From Candidatus Eiseniibacteriota bacterium (GTDB lineage Bacteria; Eisenbacteria; RBG-16-71-46), in assembly GCA_044223005.1 (NCBI GenBank), contig JBGAML010000016.1, forward strand, positions 52,080 to 116,079: a DNA stretch of 64,000 nt. Direction: 5' to 3'. Positions 57,196 through 64,000 of the stretch are shown here, piece after piece. A program made the translations under genes and the position numbers. Numbering within the stretch: position 1 is the first letter of the stretch; each line of letters begins with the position of its first letter. The notes below the pieces were generated by a model that was not told the origin of the DNA, did no database searches, and saw only the letters and a program-made list of their open reading frames with translations.

Positions 57196-59312
57196 TGCCC
57201 ATGCGCGCGTCCCGCCGCGCCGCCCCCGCGCCGGCACCGGCGCCGGCGGCCCCGGCGTGGCGCGCGGCGCTGCTCGCGGTGGCGATCGTGCTGGCCGCGG
57301 TCGGCGCGGTGCACGCCCCGGTGCTGGGCGCGCGGGCGTTGTGCATGGACGACGACACCTACGTCACCAGCAACCCGCTCGTGAACCGCCCGAGCGCGGC
57401 GTCCGTGCAGCGCTTCTTCGGCGAGGTGCTCGCACCGTCCACCGTGGGCGGCTACTGGATGCCGCTCAGCATGACCTCGCTCATGCTCGACGTGGCGGCG
57501 GGCGGCACCGCGGACCGGCCCGCGCCGTTCCACCGCACGAGCCTCGCCCTGCATGCGCTCGCGGCGCTCGCGCTGCTCGCCATGCTGCGAACGCTGGTGC
57601 GCTCGTGGCCCGCCGCGGTGGCGGGCACGCTGCTCTTCGCGCTGCACCCGCTCACGGTCGAGCCGCTGGCGTGGATCGGCGAGCGCAAGACCGTGCTCGC
57701 GGGCGCGCTCGCGCTGGGCGCGACCACGCTGCACGTCGCGTGGGCGCGTGCGGGCGGCGCCGCGCGCCGCGCCGGCGCGGTGGCGCTCTTCGCGCTGGCG
57801 CTGCTCGCCAAGCCCACGGCGACGCCGCTGCCGTTGATGCTGCTCGCGCTCGATCTCTGGCCGCTGCGCCGGATGGGCCGCGCGGCCGTGGTGGAGAAGT
57901 GGCCCTTCTTCGCGCTCGCGCTCGGCTCGGGCGCGATCACGCTCGCCTCGCACGCCGCCACCGCCGGCATGAGCCCCGGCGCCGCCGCGCCCGCCGGCAC
58001 GTGGGCGACGCTGCCGCTCGTGGTCGCGGGCCGGCTCGCGTTCTACGCCGACAAGCTGGCGTGGCCGGCGCACCTCTCGCCGGTCTACCCGGCGCTGGGG
58101 CCGTTCGCGTGGTCGCGCGCGGACGCGTGGGTGCGGCTCGTCGCCGTGGTCGCGGTGGCCGCGCTCGCGGTGGCGCGCGCGCGGCGGAACCCCGCGCCCC
58201 TGGCGCTGTTCGCGTGGGCGGCCCTCGCGCTCGCGCCGGTGCTGGGCGCGCTGCGCTACAGCTGGATCGCCGTGTCGGACAAGTACGCCTACCTCGCGCT
58301 CGTGGCGCCTGCGCTCGCGGCTGCCGCGGCGCTGGCCGCCCTCGCGGGCCGGCCGGCCCCGCGCGCGGCCGCGTGGGCGCTGGTGCTGGCGCTGCTCGCC
58401 GGCGAGGTGGCGCTGACGCGTGCGGCCTACGCGCCGTGGCGCGATTCGCTCGCGCTCTGGACGCACGTGGCCGAGGCCGCGCCCGGCGAGGCCGGCGCGC
58501 AGCACGGCCTGGGCGCGGCGCTGGTGCACGCGCAGCGCTGGGACGAGGCGCGGGCGGCATTTCGGCTGGCGAGCGCGCTCGATTCGACCTTCTTCCGCGC
58601 CGCCTGCGGCGCCGCGATGGCGTCGCTGCAGCTGGGCGACACGCCCGCGGCCGCGCGCGAGATCGCGCTCGCCGAGCGGCACGCGCCCCAGGATCGCGAC
58701 GTGCTCTTCACGCGCGCGCTCGTCGCCCAGCGCGCAGGCGATCTCGCGGCCGCCGAGGCCGGCCTGCGGCGCGTGCTCGGCGGACGGCCCGACGACGTGG
58801 ACGCCTGCTGGCAGCTGGCCGGTGTGCTCGAGCAGCGCGGGCGCCTGGACGAGAGCCTCGCCCTCTACGAGCACGCGAACCGGCTCGAGCCGGCCAACGT
58901 GCTCTGCGCCTACGGCGTCGCGCACGTGCGGCTGCGCCGCGAGGGGTTGGTGCCCGACGTGCGGGCTCGCTTCGAGCGCATCGTGCGCGACCATGCGGAC
59001 TTCACCGCGGCGGCCAACGAACTCGCGTGGGCGCTGGCGACGGATCCCGATCCGGCCCGCCGCGACGGCCCGCGCGCCCTGGAGCTGGCGCGCGCCGCGA
59101 GCCGCGCCGCGGGCGACCGCGACCTCGCGCTGCTCGACACGCGCGCCGCGGCCGAGGCGAACGCCGGCCGCTTCGCCGACGCGATCGCCACCGAGACACA
59201 GGTGCTGGCGCTGGCGGAGTCGGCCCGTGTCGACACGCTCGCCGCGCTCGCGCGGGCGCGCATCGCCGGATTCCGCGCCGGGCAGCCGGTGCGTGAACCT
59301 GCGGCACGGTGA
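57195..59312 (+). CDS. TMTC-like GT-C membrane glycosyltransferase with C-terminal TPRs
   Basis: MDDDTYVTSNP acidic motif; YWMPL; FALHPLTVE..AWI.ERK; ALLAKP; SDKYAYL; WRDS.ALW, followed by TPRs. Confidence 0.8.
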   Translation: MPMRASRRAAPAPAPAPAAPAWRAALLAVAIVLAAVGAVHAPVLGARALCMDDDTYVTSNPLVNRPSAASVQRFFGEVLAPSTVGGYWMPLSMTSLMLDVAAGGTADRPAPFHRTSLALHALAALALLAMLRTLVRSWPAAVAGTLLFALHPLTVEPLAWIGERKTVLAGALALGATTLHVAWARAGGAARRAGAVALFALALLAKPTATPLPLMLLALDLWPLRRMGRAAVVEKWPFFALALGSGAITLASHAATAGMSPGAAAPAGTWATLPLVVAGRLAFYADKLAWPAHLSPVYPALGPFAWSRADAWVRLVAVVAVAALAVARARRNPAPLALFAWAALALAPVLGALRYSWIAVSDKYAYLALVAPALAAAAALAALAGRPAPRAAAWALVLALLAGEVALTRAAYAPWRDSLALWTHVAEAAPGEAGAQHGLGAALVHAQRWDEARAAFRLASALDSTFFRAACGAAMASLQLGDTPAAAREIALAERHAPQDRDVLFTRALVAQRAGDLAAAEAGLRRVLGGRPDDVDACWQLAGVLEQRGRLDESLALYEHANRLEPANVLCAYGVAHVRLRREGLVPDVRARFERIVRDHADFTAAANELAWALATDPDPARRDGPRALELARAASRAAGDRDLALLDTRAAAEANAGRFADAIATETQVLALAESARVDTLAALARARIAGFRAGQPVREPAAR

Positions 59313-59801
59313 CGCGAGTTGAAGCTGCGGGTGGGCGCGAAGGCTCCGCGCGTGCTCAAGCGACGATTCTGGACTAGGATACCGCGCTGTTGCCGCGCCG
59401 CGTCCTCGCGGGCGGGCGAGGCCCGGGCGCTCCTCGGCCCCGGCCGAACCGTCTAGAATCCGTCACCGCCGTCGCCGTTTCGTCGCGCGCCGGGTTCCGT
59501 GCCCGGGCGCGCCGCCGAAGTCCAACTGACATTTTCATGCGAGCTTCCGGGCGAGGACCGCACGAATCCGGAACCCGCGCCGCACAATTCGGGAACCGCC
59601 TCCGCGGTGGGCTTGTATTACAGTCGCGCCCCACGGGAGGCGGCGGCACACACAACGATCCGCGCTGAGATCGTCACGTGCCCCGGGCCTTCAACAGGCA
59701 CCGGCCGCATGCGCCGACGATCTCGACCGGACGAAACGTCCGTCGAAGTCGTCGGCGTTTGCGTTCTCACCGCCTCCCTGAAGGCCAAAGGAGATTCCGA
59801 G

Positions 59802-60059
59802 ATGAGCAGCAAGCCCATCGTCACTCGTCCCCGGTCGCTCAAGGCGAAGATGCAGCCTGCGCAGGTGGACCTCGGCTTTCGCTGGGGCCAGCTGAACTCG
59901 CTGTTCCTCGTCCTCGGCCTGGTGGCTCTCGTGGCCGGCTACATCAGCCTGTCGCGCGGGTCCATCACGCTGGCGCCGGTGCTGCTGGTGACAGGGTATT
60001 GTGTGCTGATCCCGGCGTCTCTCCTGGTGCGCGGCGGCGGCTCGGAAGCGGGCGAATAG
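59802..60059 (+). CDS. small two-TM membrane protein (DUF3098-like)
   Basis: AAGGAG RBS; N..F..LG......GY; SITLAPVLLVTGYCVLIP. The stop lies inside tRNA-Val. Confidence 0.72.
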   Translation: MSSKPIVTRPRSLKAKMQPAQVDLGFRWGQLNSLFLVLGLVALVAGYISLSRGSITLAPVLLVTGYCVLIPASLLVRGGGSEAGE

Positions 60060-60125
60060 CTCAGCTGGCAGAGCACCTGCCTTACAAGCAGGGGGTCACA
60101 GGTTCGAGCCCTGTTTCGCCCACCA
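60050..60125 (+). tRNA. tRNA-Val(TAC)
   Basis: GGGCGAA/TTCGCCC-A-CCA acceptor; anticodon arm CCTGC-CTTACAA-GCAGG; GGTTCGAGCC. Confidence 0.96.
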
Positions 60126-60256
60126 GGAATCCGTAAATCGCAGCAAAGGTGTGAGTTGCACGGGCGGGAAGAGGTCCCGGTTCCGCTCCCGGAGAGGCGG
60201 CGTCGGGTCGGGAAAAACGGCGCTCGGGTCAAAAAAGACGGTTACGAAAAACTTTC

Positions 60257-60285
60257 TTGACACCACCGGGGCGCCTACCTAGACT
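60257..60285 (+). promoter_or_regulatory. strong sigma70-type promoter with upstream A-tracts
   Basis: TTGACA-17 bp-TAGACT; A-tracts near 60213, 60231 and 60247. Confidence 0.72.
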
Positions 60286-60464
60286 TTTTCCGTCGAAGGT
60301 CTTGTGAGTGCGAGAGATATGCTCGCCTCGAGCATCGAACTCAACTCAAGGATTTGAAGAAAGATAGAGTTCGAAAGGAGGTGGCTCGCAGCCAGACCTG
60401 ATTGCGTGCAACTAGCCTTGCCTGGAACTCAGCAACAGGTTTAACCACTTAGGGAGGTGCAACG

Positions 60465-61106
60465 ATGACTGGTTTGATCCGCAAGGCCACGCTCCTTTCC
60501 GCGTGCGGCATGCTGCTCGCGACGGCGGCGATGGCGGGTATCCCCAGCGCGGCCAACTCGACCGCGCCGGCCAATGTCCGTCTCGTCGGTTATGTCGGCA
60601 CCGCGCCCGACTCGGCCGCCGGCAAGTTCTCCGTCACCGTTCGCGACGCGGGTAACAACCCGATCAACGCGTCGAACGTGGTCGTGGACTTCTCGGGCTG
60701 CGTCGACACCAAGGTGTCGAGCAACCAGCTGAACGCGAACTACACGCTGAACTGCCCGGCCAAGACCGTGGCGGCTTACACGAACACGTCGGGCGTCGTG
60801 GCGTTCACGATCCTCGGCGGCAGCACGGGCAACACGGGGCCCTTCGCGGGCGCCAGCTGCGCCAAGCTGTATGCGGACGGCGTGCTGCTCAGCAGCCCGA
60901 CGGTCGCGATCTTCAACCTCGACAACGCCGGCGGCGTCAACGCGTCGGACGCGTCGGTGCTCGCGACGGACATCGGTACGCACATCTACCGTGCCCGCTC
61001 GGACTTCGACCTGAACCTGACGCTGACCGCTGCTGACCTGTCCGTCATGGCGACCGAGATCGGTACGCACAAGTCGGACGGCGCGGCGTTCGCGGCCTGC
61101 CCGTAA
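60465..61106 (+). CDS. secreted Ig-like (Big_1-like) protein with C-terminal dockerin-like duplicated Ca-binding motif
   Basis: Signal peptide; VTVRDAGNNPI...TNTSG Ig-like pattern; NLDNAGGVNASDASVLATDIGTH / DFDLNLTLTAADLSVMATEIGTH repeat. Confidence 0.7.
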   Translation: MTGLIRKATLLSACGMLLATAAMAGIPSAANSTAPANVRLVGYVGTAPDSAAGKFSVTVRDAGNNPINASNVVVDFSGCVDTKVSSNQLNANYTLNCPAKTVAAYTNTSGVVAFTILGGSTGNTGPFAGASCAKLYADGVLLSSPTVAIFNLDNAGGVNASDASVLATDIGTHIYRARSDFDLNLTLTAADLSVMATEIGTHKSDGAAFAACP

Positions 61107-61218
61107 TCGGTTGTTTGCAGTAGATGGGATGGGCCGCGCGGTCCGCAAGGCCGCGCGTCCCGTCGACAATGCAACTGCGGTCCAGCCAACATCCCCTATC
61201 CCATCTCCGGAGGATCCA

Positions 61219-61959
61219 ATGAAGAAGATGCTTCTGCTTGCCGGTGCCATGCTCGCCGTGACGGCCGTGGCCGCTCTCGCGGCTCCCGGTGTCCAGCTGA
61301 CCTGGACGAACTGCCCGATCGACGGCGGCACGATCAACAAGACGTTCGCCTGCACGTCGAGCAGCGGTACCGAGCCGCTCATCATGTCGTGGCAGCCGTC
61401 GGCCGAGGTGCCGCTCATGAACGGCGCCGAGGGCTTCGTCGACCTGTACTTCCCGGCTGGCTCGGCCCCGCCGGCGTGGTGGCTCGCGTCGTGCGCCGCG
61501 AAGGGCGGCTCCCCGGTGTCGATCACGGCGGCCCTCCCGGCGTCGGCGGTTGACTGTGCGGACGCGTGGAACGGCAACGGCATCGCGGCCCTCGCGGCCT
61601 ACAGCTCGCCGCTCTACATCCAGCACGGCGTGATCACGCCTGGCCCGATCAACACGACGCAGATCGACGCGGTGTGCGCCGTTCCGGCCGGTGCTGAGCT
61701 CGACGCGCTTCCCGGCACCGAGTACTTCCTGTTCGCGATCGGCATCAAGCGCGCCGGCACGACGGGCGGCACGGCTTGCACCGGCTGCAACACGCCGGTC
61801 ACGCTGAACGCCCAGGGCGTGTGGGTGACCCAGCCCGCCCCGGCGCCGCAGATCGAAGACTACACGCAGAACGCGAACTCGATCGCGACCGTGCAGAACG
61901 GCGGTCCGGTCCCGACGCAGAGCAAGACGTGGGGCGCGCTGAAGGCGATGTACCGCTAA
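61219..61959 (+). CDS. secreted Cys-rich beta-sandwich protein with TWGALKAMYR tail (paralog A)
   Basis: GGAGG RBS; signal peptide; 246 aa; C-terminal PVPTQSKTWGALKAMYR. Confidence 0.85.
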   Translation: MKKMLLLAGAMLAVTAVAALAAPGVQLTWTNCPIDGGTINKTFACTSSSGTEPLIMSWQPSAEVPLMNGAEGFVDLYFPAGSAPPAWWLASCAAKGGSPVSITAALPASAVDCADAWNGNGIAALAAYSSPLYIQHGVITPGPINTTQIDAVCAVPAGAELDALPGTEYFLFAIGIKRAGTTGGTACTGCNTPVTLNAQGVWVTQPAPAPQIEDYTQNANSIATVQNGGPVPTQSKTWGALKAMYR

Positions 61960-61988
61960 GCCTTCGAACGCACCATCGCAACATCCAG

Positions 61989-62029
61989 CCGGCGGTCGTC
62001 CCCCAGGGACGGCCGCCGGTTCGGCGTTT
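61989..62029 (+). terminator. terminator-like hairpin after paralog A
   Basis: CCGGCGGTCGTCCC-CCA-GGGACGGCCGCCGG followed by a weak T tail. Confidence 0.65.
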
Positions 62030-62057
62030 GGGCAGCAACTCGCGCACGAGGCGCTGC

Positions 62058-62300
62058 ACCGAGTACTTCCTGTTCGCGATCGGCATCAAGCGCGCCGGCA
62101 CGACGGGCGGCACGGCCTGCACCGGGTGCACCGCGCCGGTCCCGCTGAACGCCCAGTGTGTTGGGGTGCCCCAGCCTGCACCGGGACCACAGATCGAGGA
62201 CTACACGCAGAACACGAACTCGATCGCGACCGTACAGAACGGCGCTCCGGTCGCGGCGCAGGGCGAGACATGTGGCGCGCTGAAGGCAATGTTCCGGTGA
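62058..62300 (+). pseudogene. promoterless, startless partial copy of the 3' 243 bp of paralog A
   Basis: Aligns to 61717-61959 without indels; 29 substitutions by my count; both Trp codons lost. Confidence 0.9.
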
Positions 62301-62894
62301 CGATCCGCATCCGTCTACTGGCGCCGGCGATCGTCTTCGCGAGGATCGCCGGCGTCGCGTTGCAGCCGGCCTGCCCACCACGCCGCGAGAGTGAACGGTT
62401 GTGAATTCCGCACGGCGCGGTCGAGCATTTCGCGCTCCAGCGCGCGATCCGGCGTGCCGATGACTCCGCTCGTCGAGCCGAACGATCCGGAACTTCGCCA
62501 GCGATGTGACGTAGGGACATGCGGATGCAGCGCGAGGCCGGGGCGCTCGACGACGCGGGGCGGTCACAGCGTGAACACGTTCAGCGTCATGAATGACGCC
62601 GGAAGGGCAAACCGTTGGCGGGCTTGCGCCAGTTGCCCCAGCGCGGCTAGGATCGCGGTTCGAGGGAGTCAGGACTTCTCAGGCCGGTGCGTGCGCCGCC
62701 CCCGCGGTGTTCGTATCTGCTCGCGGTCTTGCCGATCTCCCGGGGCCGTCGTCAGGCCAAGCTGACCGGGTCGTGTGGGTGGGGTGGGGGAGTGAACGGC
62801 TGAGAAGTCGTTTCAATTGGGTCGAGTCGGGCGCGGTGTTGCCTCATGCGTGCGCGGGTCGACCGAGATCCGCATCCATCAGGGAGGATCCGAG

Positions 62895-63635
62895 ATGAAG
62901 AAGATGCTTCTGCTGTGTGGTGCACTGCTCGCCCTCGTGGCCGTGACGGCGTTCGCGTCGCCCGGCGCGAAGCTCGCCTGGACCGACTGCGCGATCGACG
63001 GCGGTGCGGTGAACAAGGACTTCGCCTGCACTTCGAACTCGGGCAACGAGACGTTCATCTTCTCGTGGGAGCCCGAGGCCGAGGTGCCGCTCATGAACGG
63101 CGCCGAGTGCTTCGTCGACATCTACTTCCCGACCGGTTCGCAGCAGCCGGCGTGGTGGGGCAACAACTGCCCGTCGAAGGGCGTTCCGGTCTCCGTCAAC
63201 GCCGCGCTGCCGGCCACGGCGAACGCGTGCGTCGACGCCTGGAACGGCAACGGCATCTCGGCGCTCGCGGCCTACAGCTCCCCGCTCTACATCCAGCAGG
63301 GCGTGATCACGCCGGGCTACGAGAACACCGCCCAGATCGACGCGGTGTGCGCCGTTCCGGCCGGCTCTGAGCTCGACGCGCTTCCCGGCAACGAGTACTT
63401 CCTGTTCGCGCTCTCCATCAAGCGCGCGAACACCACGGGCGGTACCGCGTGCGCCGGTTGCACGACGCCCGCCATCCTCAACGCCCAGGGCGTGTGGGTC
63501 ACCCAGCCGGCGCCCGCGCCGCAGCAGGAGATCTACACGCAGAGCGACCGCAACAACATCACGATCTTCAGCGGCACGGGCGCGGTGCCCACGCAGACGA
63601 AGACGTGGGGCGCCCTGAAGGCCATGTACCGCTAG
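62895..63635 (+). CDS. secreted Cys-rich beta-sandwich protein with TWGALKAMYR tail (paralog B)
   Basis: GGAGG RBS; 246 aa; roughly two-thirds identical to paralog A by eye. Confidence 0.85.
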   Translation: MKKMLLLCGALLALVAVTAFASPGAKLAWTDCAIDGGAVNKDFACTSNSGNETFIFSWEPEAEVPLMNGAECFVDIYFPTGSQQPAWWGNNCPSKGVPVSVNAALPATANACVDAWNGNGISALAAYSSPLYIQQGVITPGYENTAQIDAVCAVPAGSELDALPGNEYFLFALSIKRANTTGGTACAGCTTPAILNAQGVWVTQPAPAPQQEIYTQSDRNNITIFSGTGAVPTQTKTWGALKAMYR

Positions 63636-63660
63636 GTTGTGCTCGGAAGATTGCAGGTGA

Positions 63661-63693
63661 TCGGGGCCCGCACCCTCGTGGTGCGGGCCCCGA
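63661..63693. terminator. hairpin between convergent genes (same stem as 29161-29192)
   Basis: TCGGGGCCCGCACC-CTCGT-GGTGCGGGCCCCGA. Confidence 0.65.
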
Positions 63694-63712
63694 ACCGTTT
63701 CCGGGCCTGCCG

Positions 63713-64000
63713 CTACATCGCGTACTTCCGCAGCGCCCGGTCGCCGTTCGGGATCTCGCGCGTCTCGATCTCGCGCCCGTAGTACTGCCGCCACCGCTCC
63801 GGCACCGCGAGCCGCGCGGGGAACAGCCGCCCGCGCAGCATCGCGCGCACCGTCTGCGGCCGGTCCATCAGCTGCAGCCGCATCGCGGGTGTCTCCGTAT
63901 GGGCTCGCTCGCTGAAGTACTTGCCGTAGTTCCGCCACACCAGGAACCACCACAGCCGCTCCACCGCCGCCTGCCGCCGCTTCGAGAACGCGATCGTCTC
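63713..64000 (-). mobile_element. C-terminal part of a probable IS1-like DDE transposase, truncated by window edge
   Basis: The frame reads ETIAFSKRRQAAVERLWWFLVWRNY...TPAMRL, matching from memory the T.AFSK...(Y/R)N(F/Y)...TPAM pattern of IS1-family C-termini. Confidence 0.55.

Noticed and set aside
59560..59700. 6S RNA
   Set aside because: A terminal stem and A/C-rich flanks exist, but I could not build the closing long stem, and the usual gene context is absent. Kept only as an unexplained structured region.
61717..62300. Diversity-generating retroelement (VR/TR pair)
   Set aside because: The 29 differences are not adenine-specific (only about 10 fall at A in the gene copy, fewer in the other). 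No reverse transcriptase or Avd gene is in the window.
62600..62660. c-di-GMP-I riboswitch suggested by GGGCAAACC
   Set aside because: It lacks the GNRA-capped P2 and the following GACGCAAAGC/P3 elements; only a simple hairpin is present.

Overview
A high-GC bacterial chromosome segment (roughly 70% GC, estimated by eye). Almost all protein genes lie on the + strand; only pyk, three tRNAs and a terminal transposase-like fragment are on the - strand. The style of the secreted proteins (FlgD-Ig/T9SS-like C-terminal domains, C-terminal TWGxLKxxYR tails) suggests an FCB-superphylum candidate lineage such as Ca. Eisenbacteria; this is an inference. The backbone is housekeeping: ino1, tmk, S41 protease, dusB, ppdK, aminotransferase, smpB, amidase-GerMN-murI-rph-rdgB, pyk, ssb, tmRNA, yggS-yggT-yggU-PNP-dksA-lspA-rluD-rsbW-yqgF-mltG, and five tRNAs (Leu, His, Arg, Pro, Val). 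Set into it is a rich, mostly uncharacterised cell-surface toolkit. (i) A 1765-aa, apparently highly expressed surface protein with a mosaic 936-bp internal tandem duplication, followed by two lipoproteins and a CTD protein. (ii) Downstream of tRNA-Val, an Ig plus dockerin-like protein followed by two Cys-rich paralogs and a silent partial copy; both paralogs end in a TWGALKAxYR tail that also ends an unrelated lamin-tail protein, making it a candidate second sorting signal, and the partial copy carries a degraded version. Both surface loci have near-consensus promoters and long leaders that share an orphan Shine-Dalgarno motif. Non-coding highlights are two covarying ~125-nt ERIC-like hairpin elements directly 5' of tRNA-Arg and tmRNA, a degenerate inverted repeat that may mark an inversion of the kinase-pyk-tRNA block, and a membrane-protein stop codon lying inside tRNA-Val. 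I saw no CRISPR array, reverse transcriptase or integrase. All family assignments come from motif recognition by eye, not from database searches.
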